Assembly (NCBI RefSeq): GCF_003010495.1 | Contig: NZ_CP027570.1 | Span: forward strand, 1,020,001-1,052,000 | Source: Megasphaera elsdenii DSM 20460 | GTDB taxonomy: Bacteria; Bacillota; Negativicutes; Veillonellales; Megasphaeraceae | DNA: 32,000 nucleotides | Reading direction: 5' to 3' | Shown: in pieces, positions 1 through 8,775 of the stretch | How the letters are laid out: every line of letters begins with the position of its first letter | How positions within the stretch are numbered: position 1 is the stretch's first letter | Translations under genes and position numbers: made by a program | Notes under the pieces: model-generated | What the model saw: only the letters and a program-made list of their open reading frames with translations | Told to the model about the DNA's origin: nothing | The model's database searches: none

Positions 1-36
1 CGTCAGTATTCGGTCATCGTCGTAGAAGATGAGTAA
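1..36 (+). CDS. 3' end of an upstream CDS. The product cannot be determined; a LutC-like LUD-domain protein would fit the context.
   Basis: Frame 1 is open from the window edge to TAA at 34-36 (...RQYSVIVVEDE*). This is 15 nt before the next start, and the next gene's SD (GGGAGGG) immediately follows the stop. Confidence 0.3.
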   Translation, partial: RQYSVIVVEDE

Positions 37-51
37 GGGAGGGAACAGCAC

Positions 52-2214
52 ATGTCTAACGAATTACTGAAGCAAGAAATCGAGCGCGCCATGGATAACG
101 CGCCTTTGCAGAAGGCGTTAAAGAAGTTTACGACGGCCTATCCTGGCAACCGTGCGAAAGTTTACAAAGGATATGACTTTGAAGCACTTCGTGATAAAGT
201 CCATGAAGTCAAATCTTATGCTCGTGACCATCTGGATGAAGTCATGGCCGAATTCATCAAGAATGCGGAAGCCAACGGGGCTCATGTATTCGTTGCCCAT
301 TCTCCGGAAGAAGCTATGGACTATGCTTTGAAACTGGCTAAAGACAACAACGTAAAACTTTGCGTTAAATCGAAATCCATGGCATCAGAAGAAATGCACT
401 TCAACCAGAACTATGAAAAAGCTGGCATTACGGCTCAGGAAACGGACTTAGGTGAATTCATCAACTCCATCGCTGGTGATACGCCGTCCCACATGGTTAT
501 GCCGGCTATCCATTATTCTAAAGAAGACGTTGCCGACCTCTTTGAATCGTATACGAAACAGCCGGAAGAACCGGTCATCACGAAAGAAGTCAAGACGTCC
601 CGCCGCGTCATGCGCCCGAAATTCCTCAGCGCTGAAATGGGTGTTTCCGGTGCCAACGTCGCTGTCGCTGAAACGGGGACAGTCATTACCATGACGAATG
701 AAGGCAACGGCCGTATGGTCGCAACCCTTCCGAAAACGCACTTATATATCTTTGGTATTGAAAAATTCGTCGCTAAGATGAGCGATATCCGCTACATCTT
801 CAAGGTATTGCCTCGTAACGGTACAGCTCAGAACATCACGGCATACCTCTCCTTCTACACGGGCGCTACGAAAGTCGTTACGGATCCGGAAAACGATACC
901 AAGGAAGACAAGAACTTCCACATGATCATCCTCGATACGCCAGAACGCCGTAAGATCATGGCCAGTGAAGATTACAAAGACATCTTCTGCTGCATCCGCT
1001 GCGCAGCCTGCTTGAATGTATGTCCGGCCTTCCGCCTCGTCGGCGGCCACGTCTATGGCGGCTCCATTTATACCGGCGGTATCGGCACGCTGCTCACGAG
1101 CTTCCTCAACAGCCGTGAACGCGGTAAAGATATCCAGAACATCTGTCTCCAGTGCGGTACGTGTAACACAGTCTGCGGCGGCAAACTCGATATTGCCGGC
1201 ATGATCCTGAAATTACGTACGAAATTCGCTCAGGAAGATGGCCTCAATCCGGTCCATAAATTCTGTCTCGATACGGTTGCTGACCGTCACCTCTTCCACT
1301 CCATGCTGCGTATCGCTTCGGTGGCTCAGGGCATGATTACTAAAGGTCAGCCGATGATCCGTCATCTGCCGATGTTCTTGTCCGGTCTGACAGCAGGCCG
1401 CAGCCTGCCGAGCATTGCTCCGCAGCCGTTCCGCGACATCCTGCCGACGATCAAACAGGACGTTCCTAACCCGAAGGGCAAGATCGCTATCTTCACGGGC
1501 TGCCTCCTCGACTTCGTCTATGTCGACATCGCAACGGACGTCGTCAAAGCCCTCAACATGGCTGGCTATATCGTAGAAATGCCGCTTGGCCAGGCCTGCT
1601 GCGGTGCTCCGGCTACCTATATGGGCGATGTTGAAAACGCCAAGAAAGCTGCTGAATTGAACTTGAATGCTATGGAAGCTGAAAAATACGATTACATCGT
1701 ATCGGCTTGCCCGACTTGTACGCATGCCCTCCGCGATTACGTCGACTTCTTCAAGGACGATCCGGAAATGCTCAAGAAAGCGGAAGAACTCCGCAGCAAG
1801 ACCTTCGACTTCTGCAAACTCGTTTCCATGCTCGGCGGCTTGCCGGATACCGGCGATGGCGTACCGATGAAGGTCACCTATCACGATTCCTGCCACTTGA
1901 ACCGTTACCTCGGCGTCACCAAGGAACAGCGTGAACTCTTGAAAGCTACCAAGGGCGTCGAACTCATCGAAATGCACGATTGCGATAAATGCTGCGGCTT
2001 CGGTGGTTCTTACTCCGTTAAATTCCCTGAAATGTCGGCTCCGATCCTCGAAGAAAAGATCAACAACATCGTCGCTTCCGGCGCAGATGTCGTCGCTGTC
2101 GACTGCCCGGGCTGCTTGCTCCAGATCCGTGGCGGCCTCGATGCTCGCGGCTTGAACAATATTCAGGTTAAACACACAGCACAGATCGTCGTTGAAAAAC
2201 GCGAAAAAAAATAG
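52..2214 (+). CDS. LutB-LutA fusion, the lactate-utilisation iron-sulfur oxidoreductase. It has an LUD/DUF162 domain, 2x[4Fe-4S] and two CCG cysteine-rich domains.
   Basis: 720-aa ORF. LutB-like blocks: KSKSMxSEE, ETDLGEF, PSHMVMPAIH, TNEGNGRM, LPKTH. Ferredoxin motifs: CIRCAACLNVCP and CLQCGTCNTVC. The C-terminal 280 aa are LutA-like with CCGAP and CCGFGG (CCG domains). SD GGGAGGG lies upstream. Confidence 0.8.
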   Translation: MSNELLKQEIERAMDNAPLQKALKKFTTAYPGNRAKVYKGYDFEALRDKVHEVKSYARDHLDEVMAEFIKNAEANGAHVFVAHSPEEAMDYALKLAKDNNVKLCVKSKSMASEEMHFNQNYEKAGITAQETDLGEFINSIAGDTPSHMVMPAIHYSKEDVADLFESYTKQPEEPVITKEVKTSRRVMRPKFLSAEMGVSGANVAVAETGTVITMTNEGNGRMVATLPKTHLYIFGIEKFVAKMSDIRYIFKVLPRNGTAQNITAYLSFYTGATKVVTDPENDTKEDKNFHMIILDTPERRKIMASEDYKDIFCCIRCAACLNVCPAFRLVGGHVYGGSIYTGGIGTLLTSFLNSRERGKDIQNICLQCGTCNTVCGGKLDIAGMILKLRTKFAQEDGLNPVHKFCLDTVADRHLFHSMLRIASVAQGMITKGQPMIRHLPMFLSGLTAGRSLPSIAPQPFRDILPTIKQDVPNPKGKIAIFTGCLLDFVYVDIATDVVKALNMAGYIVEMPLGQACCGAPATYMGDVENAKKAAELNLNAMEAEKYDYIVSACPTCTHALRDYVDFFKDDPEMLKKAEELRSKTFDFCKLVSMLGGLPDTGDGVPMKVTYHDSCHLNRYLGVTKEQRELLKATKGVELIEMHDCDKCCGFGGSYSVKFPEMSAPILEEKINNIVASGADVVAVDCPGCLLQIRGGLDARGLNNIQVKHTAQIVVEKREKK

Positions 2215-2246
2215 GCAATAACGTTGGCCGGAAAGGTAAATAGAGC

Positions 2247-3275
2247 ATGATGATAAAACAGACACTCTTAGAAACCAGCGCCCGGAAGTTTATGCCCAAA
2301 TTGTTTGCCGGTATCAGCGATGACCAGGTCCGCAGAGTGAAAGAGTATATAAAATTATATACAAAGCATCCCTTTGGAGGTACGGCCACGGGGGCCGTCC
2401 TCGATGATGCAGCCTCTTCGCAGGGGAAGATGATCCGTCCCCGCCTGGTACTGATGGCCGGCTCGTTCGGAACAGACCGCGACGATGTGCGGGAGCGGTT
2501 GTATAAACTGGCGGCCGTAGTGGAAATGACCCATCTGGCCTCACTGATCCATGACGATATTGTCGACGATGCACCGGTCCGGCGCGGCAAGCCGTCGGTG
2601 CAGAGCAAGTACGGGAAGAACGCAGCCGTCTATGCCGGCGATTTCCTGATGAGCCGCATCACCTTCTACTTGATGCGCGAGGGATTGAACCGGGCAGGTA
2701 TGGTCATCGCCCAGGCTGTAGAGGAAATGTGTGCCGGCGAAATCGGCCAGGCCATGTGCCGCTATAAAGAGGACGTCACTATTGACCAATATCTGCAGAA
2801 CATCCACGGCAAGACCGTCGCCTTGTTCCGCGCCTGCTGCCGCATCGGTGCCATGGAAAGCGGTTGTGACGAACGGGTATCGCGGATGCTCGAGTCCTTC
2901 GGCGAATGTCTGGGCTATATGTTCCAGATGCGCGACGACCTCCTCGACTTCGTACCCGATAGTTCGATGATTGGCAAGAAAGCCCACCAGGATTTCCGCG
3001 AAGGAATCTATACCCTGCCGGTCCTCCTGGCACGGGAACAGCCCGGCGGCCGCCGGCTCCTCCACCCCTATATGGAACGGAGCGCCGAAGGGACGCTGAC
3101 TCATGCGGATATCTGCCGCATGGAAGAAATCGTCGCAGCCCTGGGCGGCCTGGAAGGCGCGTGGAACCAGATCCACACCTACCAGAAACGGGCTGAGGAC
3201 ATCCTCGAAGCCCTGCCGTCAAGTGATATTTCCCTGCAGCTCGGCAAGATCGTACGTAAGCTGGGGGCCGTGTGA
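2247..3275 (+). CDS. trans-polyprenyl diphosphate synthase (heptaprenyl/octaprenyl-PP synthase type, menaquinone side chain)
   Basis: 342 aa. First Asp-rich motif LIHDDIVDD followed by RRGKPS. Second Asp-rich motif FQMRDDLLDF. KT and GK motifs are typical of the family. Confidence 0.8.
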   Translation: MMIKQTLLETSARKFMPKLFAGISDDQVRRVKEYIKLYTKHPFGGTATGAVLDDAASSQGKMIRPRLVLMAGSFGTDRDDVRERLYKLAAVVEMTHLASLIHDDIVDDAPVRRGKPSVQSKYGKNAAVYAGDFLMSRITFYLMREGLNRAGMVIAQAVEEMCAGEIGQAMCRYKEDVTIDQYLQNIHGKTVALFRACCRIGAMESGCDERVSRMLESFGECLGYMFQMRDDLLDFVPDSSMIGKKAHQDFREGIYTLPVLLAREQPGGRRLLHPYMERSAEGTLTHADICRMEEIVAALGGLEGAWNQIHTYQKRAEDILEALPSSDISLQLGKIVRKLGAV

Positions 3276-4208
3276 ATGGAACAGCAACATTGCTTGACAC
3301 CTAAGCTGGCCGTTCGCCTGGCTGCACCGCACACCTGGCTGGCTTCTGTATATCCCGCCGTATTCGGTGAACTGTATTGCCTTCTGAAGGGCTACCCCCT
3401 TACGGGGACGCTGGCCATCACCCTCTTTTGGGCCTGCGTCTTCATGCAGTCCGCCGTCAATACGCTGAATGATTATTTTGATTTTGTAAAAGGCACGGAC
3501 ACTGCCGACGACAACGTCGAGGTGAGCGACGCCGTCCTGGTTTATGAAAACATCAAGCCTGGACAGGCATTGGCTTTGGGACTTGGCTACTTAGTTGCAG
3601 CCGGTCTCCTGGCCTTGCCGGCACTGGTCACAGCCGGACCGGCGCCGCTGATCATCGGCGTCATCGGAGCCATCGCCGTATGGACCTATTCCGGTGGTAT
3701 CCTGCCGATATCCTATCTGCCGATTGGCGAGTTCGTTTCGGGCTTTGTCATGGGCGGCCTCATCCCTATGGGAATTGTCGCCGCCGTAAGCAGTACCTTC
3801 GATTTTTCCGTTTTGCCTGCGGCTCTGCCCTTCATCATCAGTATCGGTCTCATCATGATGACCAATAATACGAGTGATATTGAAAAGGACAGGCAGGCCA
3901 AGCGCCGGACCTTACCGGCACTCTTGGGAAGGACTAAGGCTGTCCGCCTGTACCGGGCTGCCGTATGGATCTGGATGGCACTCATCTGCCTCCTGCCCGT
4001 ATGGTATATCGGTTGGTGGGGCCTCATCAGCCCGGCTTTCTTTATCGTGTTTGCCCGACATACCTTTGTCAATCTGCTTCAGTCGCCTCTGGAACCGCAG
4101 GGGCGGGTGAAACAGATGAAAGGCATCATCACTGCCAACCTCTTTGGCAACGGTGCCTATCTGTTAGCACTCGCGATGGTCCTCTTCGGAGGTGGTACCT
4201 TTGGCTGA
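3276..4208 (+). CDS. menA: 1,4-dihydroxy-2-naphthoate polyprenyltransferase (UbiA superfamily)
   Basis: 310 aa and polytopic (about 8-9 hydrophobic segments). UbiA-type motif NTLNDYFDFVKGTD and a second Asp-rich region NNTSDIEKD. The start abuts the stop of the previous gene (TGAATG). Confidence 0.8.
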   Translation: MEQQHCLTPKLAVRLAAPHTWLASVYPAVFGELYCLLKGYPLTGTLAITLFWACVFMQSAVNTLNDYFDFVKGTDTADDNVEVSDAVLVYENIKPGQALALGLGYLVAAGLLALPALVTAGPAPLIIGVIGAIAVWTYSGGILPISYLPIGEFVSGFVMGGLIPMGIVAAVSSTFDFSVLPAALPFIISIGLIMMTNNTSDIEKDRQAKRRTLPALLGRTKAVRLYRAAVWIWMALICLLPVWYIGWWGLISPAFFIVFARHTFVNLLQSPLEPQGRVKQMKGIITANLFGNGAYLLALAMVLFGGGTFG

Positions 4209-4911
4209 GCTTTCAAAACGGGAGAAGGTATATCGTGTATTCCAGCAGATTTCCCAGACCTATGACAGCGCCAATGGCCGCATCAGTCTTGGCATGGAAA
4301 GTCGTTGGAAGGACTGCCTCATCGAAGCTGTCTGTGAGCAGGCAGCGAAAGGCAGCCGTGTCCTGGATGTGTGCAGTGGCACTGGGGACATCGCTATTTC
4401 CCTGGCAGCGCATCGGCCGGATCTCAAGGTCACAGGCCTTGACTTTTCCCCGGCTATGCTCGACGTAGCCCGTAAAAAAGGCACGCCGCTGGCGAACGTT
4501 GTCTGGCAGGAAGGCGATGCCATGAACCTGCCTTTTGAGGATAATACCTTTTCGGCAGCCTGTATCTCCTTCGGGCTTCGCAACACCTCGGACTACCTGC
4601 GCGTCCTGCAGGAAATGGCCCGCGTCGTCGTTCCCGGCGGCTGGGTATATTGTCTCGACTCCTTTGTCCCCGATTCTCTGGTCATCCGGCCCTTTTATTC
4701 GGTGTACTTCCGGTATGTCATGCCCCTCCTGGGCGGTGGCTTCCGCCATCGGCAGGAATACACCTGGCTGTGGCGGTCGACACAGGATTTTCTCAGGAAG
4801 AAGGAGCTCCTGGACTTGTTTGGACAAGCCGGATTGATTGACAGGCAGATGAAAAGCCGCTTATTCGGGGCCTGCGTGCTCCACAAGGGGAAGAAGCCTG
4901 CGGTCGAATGA
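4192..4911 (+). CDS. menG: demethylmenaquinone methyltransferase (UbiE/MenG class I SAM methyltransferase)
   Basis: UbiE N-terminal signature KVYRVFQQISQTYDSANGRISLG. SAM motif I is VLDVCSGTGD. GTG start at 4192 overlaps the menA end by 17 nt; TTG at 4201 is an alternative. Confidence 0.8.
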   Translation: MVPLAELSKREKVYRVFQQISQTYDSANGRISLGMESRWKDCLIEAVCEQAAKGSRVLDVCSGTGDIAISLAAHRPDLKVTGLDFSPAMLDVARKKGTPLANVVWQEGDAMNLPFEDNTFSAACISFGLRNTSDYLRVLQEMARVVVPGGWVYCLDSFVPDSLVIRPFYSVYFRYVMPLLGGGFRHRQEYTWLWRSTQDFLRKKELLDLFGQAGLIDRQMKSRLFGACVLHKGKKPAVE

Positions 4912-5000
4912 AGGATATATGAAAAGACTTACAATGACGTTACGATAGATACGAACGGAAATTTAAGATAGCAAACCGTATGGTTAAGGAGGGTAAGAAC

Positions 5001-6296
5001 ATGAGTAGTGAAGAAAAATTTGATGCCATCGTGGTTGGCGGCGGTTTAGCTGGTTCTGCTGCAGCCTTGACAATGGCCAGAGCTGGTTTAGATGTTATGA
5101 TGGTGGAGCGCGGTAAGTTCTGCGGTTCCAAAAACTCCAGCGGCGGCCGTCTCTATGGACACAGCTTGGAAAAATTGATTCCGAATTTCGCAGCAGAAGC
5201 TCCGATTGAACGTAAGATTACGCAGGAACGCTTGTCGCTCATGACTGAAGGCGGTGCACTGAGCTTCCAGTATGGTTCGGATAAACTGGAAAACCTCAAA
5301 TATCCGTCCTATTCGGTACTGCGTTCCAAATTCGATAAATGGTTGGCTGATAAAGCTGAAGAAGCCGGCGTTATGCTGACGGAAGGCTTCCTCGTCGATG
5401 AACTCGTTGTCGAAGACGGCAAAGTCGTCGGCGTCATGACAGGCGGCGAAGAATTTGACGCTGATGTCGTCATCCTGGCCGATGGCGTCAACTCCCTGCT
5501 GGCACAGCAGATCGGCATGAAACAGGAACTGGAACAGAAAGACGTTGCTGTCGGCGTCAAAGAAGTCATCGAACTCGGTGAAGACGTCATCAACGAACGT
5601 TTCGGCCTGACCGGCAATGACGGCGCAGCCTGGATGATGGCTGGCGACCCGACGGGCGGCAACCTCGGCGGCGGCTTCATTTACACCAACAAAGACAGCC
5701 TGTCCCTGGGCATCGTTACGACCATCAGCGATATCGGCCGCGTCGATGTCAGTGTACCGGATATGGTTGAACGCATGAAAGCTCATCCGGCAATCGCTCC
5801 CTTCCTCAAAGGCGGGAAACTGAAAGAATATTCGGCTCACCTCGTTACCGAAGGCGGCCTCAAGATGATGCCGGAACTCGTCCGTGACGGCGTCCTCGTC
5901 GCCGGTGATGCGGCTGCTATGGTCGTCAACCTCGGTTACACCGTCCGCGGCATGGACCTGGCTATCGAATCGGGCCGTCTGGCTGGCGAAGCGGTCATCA
6001 AAGCGAAGAACCGCAACGACTTCTCGGCTGAAAGCCTCTCGATTTACAAGACCTTGTTAGAAGAAAGCTTCATCATGAAGCTCATGAAACAGTATCAGAA
6101 CCTGCCGGGCCTCCTGGAAGATCATATCATCTTCAACGATTTCCCGAAGATGGCCGACGAATTTGCCGGCATGGTCTACAAAGTAGACGGCGGCGCACCG
6201 GTCGCTCTGCCGATGATTGCTCTGACAGTCTTGGCAAACAACGGCGGCTTGGCTAATCTCTTCGATTTAGGTAAGAAAGCTTGGGAGGCGATGTAA
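5001..6296 (+). CDS. fixC: FixC-type FAD-dependent ETF:quinone oxidoreductase
   Basis: Dinucleotide fold FDAIVVGGGLAGSAAAL. Strong by-eye similarity to E. coli FixC along the whole N-terminus (GGRLYGHSLE, YSVLRSKFDKWL, VILADGVNS). I prefer ATG 5001 (SD AAGGAGGG at 4986-4993) over the track start 4980. Confidence 0.85.
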   Translation: MSSEEKFDAIVVGGGLAGSAAALTMARAGLDVMMVERGKFCGSKNSSGGRLYGHSLEKLIPNFAAEAPIERKITQERLSLMTEGGALSFQYGSDKLENLKYPSYSVLRSKFDKWLADKAEEAGVMLTEGFLVDELVVEDGKVVGVMTGGEEFDADVVILADGVNSLLAQQIGMKQELEQKDVAVGVKEVIELGEDVINERFGLTGNDGAAWMMAGDPTGGNLGGGFIYTNKDSLSLGIVTTISDIGRVDVSVPDMVERMKAHPAIAPFLKGGKLKEYSAHLVTEGGLKMMPELVRDGVLVAGDAAAMVVNLGYTVRGMDLAIESGRLAGEAVIKAKNRNDFSAESLSIYKTLLEESFIMKLMKQYQNLPGLLEDHIIFNDFPKMADEFAGMVYKVDGGAPVALPMIALTVLANNGGLANLFDLGKKAWEAM

Positions 6297-6297
6297 G

Positions 6298-6582
6298 ATG
6301 GCAAAGATGAGTGTAGACGATAAACTGGGTTTCGATAAGTTCGTGACCGATGAACACGAATCCCATATCTTGATCAACGAAGATTATCATGACGAAGCAG
6401 AAATCAAACGCTTAGTCATGGCATGTCCGGCCAACCTGTATCACTATGATGACGGCAAACTGGTCTTCAGTCACGAAGGCTGCCTCGAATGTGGTACGTG
6501 CCGCGTCATTTCCGGCGGCAAAGGCGTAAAGAGCTGGAAACATCCGAAAGGCGCTATGGGCGTAGAATTCCATCAGGGCTGA
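6298..6582 (+). CDS. fixX: FixX ferredoxin-like protein
   Basis: 94 aa. Motifs KLGxxKF, ACPANLY, GCLECGTCRV and GVEFxxG match the FixX family. It starts 1 nt after the fixC stop. Confidence 0.85.
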   Translation: MAKMSVDDKLGFDKFVTDEHESHILINEDYHDEAEIKRLVMACPANLYHYDDGKLVFSHEGCLECGTCRVISGGKGVKSWKHPKGAMGVEFHQG

Positions 6583-6597
6583 TCGCATAGGGAAAGT

Positions 6598-6633
6598 AAA
6601 AAGGAGCTGTCGCATCGCGACAGCTCCTTTTTG
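6598..6633 (+). terminator. Rho-independent terminator ending the lut-men-fix operon
   Basis: AAGGAGCTGTCG-CATC-GCGACAGCTCCTT stem followed by a T-run, with an A-run on the 5' side (bidirectional shape). Confidence 0.8.
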
Positions 6634-6635
6634 AG

Positions 6636-6687
6636 TAGGAAGTTGAAAGTTTGATGTGGATGTTTTTAAATTTAAAGCCATCGCCTC
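6636..6687. repeat. Copy of a roughly 52-bp terminator-adjacent element (inverted relative to 20584-20634)
   Basis: The reverse complement reads GAGGCGATGGCTTTAAATTT...CCACATCAAACTTTCAACTTC. A 14-nt block and a 21-nt block are identical to the 20584-20634 copy. Confidence 0.85.
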
Positions 6688-6737
6688 TAGCCACGAACCA
6701 CGAGCCCTTCCCGGCATGTACACGGATGACGCATATA

Positions 6738-6746
6738 TGGTATAAT
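6738..6746 (+). promoter_or_regulatory. Candidate extended -10 (TGgTATAAT) for the MBL/DUF445 operon
   Basis: TGGTATAAT lies 47 nt upstream of ATG 6793. No good -35 is present. Confidence 0.35.
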
Positions 6747-6792
6747 AAAAAGTATGCAATAGCCATTAAACATCCGATAAGGGGGTTACTAT

Positions 6793-7491
6793 ATGAGTGT
6801 ACAGATTACTTTTTTGAATCACAGCGGCTTTGCCGTTGAAACCGATTCCAAAGTGCTGGTCTTTGATTATTACAAGGATCCGTCGGGGACGGTCAAGGCC
6901 TACAGCCACGTCGGCAAGAAGCCGTTGTGGTTCTTTGTCAGCCATTGGCATGAAGACCATTTCAACAGCAGCATCGGCCAGTTTGGCGGCGCCCAGTACA
7001 TCGTCAATGAAGATGTGCATCTGAAGGAGATTCCTGCCGACAAGTTCCATGCCATGAAGCTGTATGACACGCTGGAATTGGGCGATACGACAGTGACTCA
7101 GTACGGGTCGACCGATGAAGGCGGGTCTTTCCTGGTGGAAACGGACGGCTTGAAGATTTTCCATGCCGGCGACTTGAACTGGTGGCACTGGCTCGGCGAT
7201 ACGGATGAAAACAATGCCGAAGCCAAGGGAAACTTCGACCGCGAAATGAAGCACCTTGCCGGGCAGACTTTCGACATCGTCTTTTTCCCTGTCGACGCCC
7301 GCCTGGAAGGCGCCCGTGAATGGGGCGTCACGGGTTTCCTCAAAGACGTTTCCGTCACAAAATGCCTCATTCCCATGCATTATTTCGGGACGCCCTGGAC
7401 ACCGTCATCTGCCTTCAAACAGGCCTATCCCGACGTACCCTTGTGGATTCCCCAGCATGATGGCGACGATGTCATCATCGATGGGCAGTAA
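6793..7491 (+). CDS. MBL-fold metallo-hydrolase
   Basis: 232 aa. HxHxDH-type motif SHWHEDHF, plus downstream His/Asp ligand candidates (HAGD, PVD, MHY). SD AAGGGGG. Confidence 0.7.
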   Translation: MSVQITFLNHSGFAVETDSKVLVFDYYKDPSGTVKAYSHVGKKPLWFFVSHWHEDHFNSSIGQFGGAQYIVNEDVHLKEIPADKFHAMKLYDTLELGDTTVTQYGSTDEGGSFLVETDGLKIFHAGDLNWWHWLGDTDENNAEAKGNFDREMKHLAGQTFDIVFFPVDARLEGAREWGVTGFLKDVSVTKCLIPMHYFGTPWTPSSAFKQAYPDVPLWIPQHDGDDVIIDGQ

Positions 7492-7500
7492 GGAGGAGTT

Positions 7501-8775
7501 ATGGCGAGTAATATAAATGGGGGCAGACGCAGCCAGATTGCCAATTATATCCTGATTACGGCGGCAGTCATCCTGCTTCTGGCCTACCCCTTCCAAGACT
7601 TTTTTGTCGGCGGGCTGCTGACCCATCTGGCCGGGGCAGCCCTCATCGGCGGCCTGGCAGACTGGTATGCCGTAACGGCCTTGTTCCGCCGTCCGCTGGG
7701 CATCTCCTTTAAGACGGCCCTCATCCCGAACAGTAAGGAACGCATTGCTGAAATGGCCCGGCATATGATCGAATATGAAATCCTGACCGTTTCCAATATG
7801 TACAATGTCCTCAAGCATCATCCCATCCTGGGAGCGACGCTGGACTATCTCCATACGGAAAAAGGGTTCCAGTCGGCAGAACGCGTCTTCGGTCAGATAC
7901 TCAATACGTTCTTGTATACGATCGACATGAAGACCGTCGTCAAGGCCTTTGCCGGCATCGGCGGCCAGGCCATCGAGAAAGTCGACTTGGCGCCGATCAT
8001 GAGCAAGGCCATCAAAATCGGCCTGCGCGGCGAATCGGGGAAGGATTTCCTCGATTTCATGATCCTCAACCTGGAAGAACTCGTGCGCAGCGAAACGATG
8101 AAGCGCTATGTCGGTGAAATCTACGAAGCATCCCTGCGCCAGTACGCCAAACACAATATCCTCCTCGGCTGGGCCATCAAAGCGGCCTTGAAGATGGAAG
8201 TCTTCCAGCCGGACCACGTCGCCGGCCTCTTGCAGGATAAATGCCTGGGCCTTTTGGCAGAAGCCAAGGAAGAAAATTCCCTCCAGCGCCAGCAGGCGTT
8301 GCGCTATTTATGGAAACAGACGGATAAAATCGAATTTAACGAAGAATGGCGCCAGCGCATCGACAGCTATAAGAACCGCATGTACAACAGCCTGGTCACG
8401 CGGCCTGACACCAAGGAAGCCTGGCAGCGCTACGTCCAGGACCCGGACCGTCAGAAGCGGGTCTGCAAGGTGGCTGCCAATTACGTCATCAACAAGCTGG
8501 AATCGTGGCGTGAAAGCCCGGATCAGGTAGAACAGATGAACCGTCAGGCCCTGGCCTTTGCAGCCCGTGAATTGAAACGCCTCCAGGTCTGGTTCGGCAA
8601 GACGGCAGAACAGGAAATCCTGAAATACGATGGCAATTATTTAGCGGAACAGCTGGAAAACAGCGTCTGGTATGACCTGCAGATGATCCGCGTCAACGGT
8701 TCGCTCGTCGGGGCCATCCTGGGCGCCGTCATTTACCTGGTCATGTACGCCGTGAAGGGAGGGGCTATCTTATGA
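7501..8775 (+). CDS. DUF445 family membrane protein (paralog 1)
   Basis: 424 aa. N-terminal TM hairpin carries GGLADWYAVTALFRRPLG...ALIPNSKERI (DUF445 signature). C-terminal TM carries RVNGSLVGAILG. Confidence 0.7.
   Translation: MASNINGGRRSQIANYILITAAVILLLAYPFQDFFVGGLLTHLAGAALIGGLADWYAVTALFRRPLGISFKTALIPNSKERIAEMARHMIEYEILTVSNMYNVLKHHPILGATLDYLHTEKGFQSAERVFGQILNTFLYTIDMKTVVKAFAGIGGQAIEKVDLAPIMSKAIKIGLRGESGKDFLDFMILNLEELVRSETMKRYVGEIYEASLRQYAKHNILLGWAIKAALKMEVFQPDHVAGLLQDKCLGLLAEAKEENSLQRQQALRYLWKQTDKIEFNEEWRQRIDSYKNRMYNSLVTRPDTKEAWQRYVQDPDRQKRVCKVAANYVINKLESWRESPDQVEQMNRQALAFAARELKRLQVWFGKTAEQEILKYDGNYLAEQLENSVWYDLQMIRVNGSLVGAILGAVIYLVMYAVKGGAIL

Noticed and set aside
1213-2265. 350-aa minus-strand ORF antisense to the LutB-LutA gene. 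Similar antisense ORFs lie at 11026-12588, 18897-19982, 18045-18722, 7405-8217, 2541-3176, 4213-4827, 5088-5840 and 28486-29073.
   Set aside because: All of them lie fully inside strongly supported genes on the other strand. They show biased, motif-free composition and lack ribosome-binding sites.
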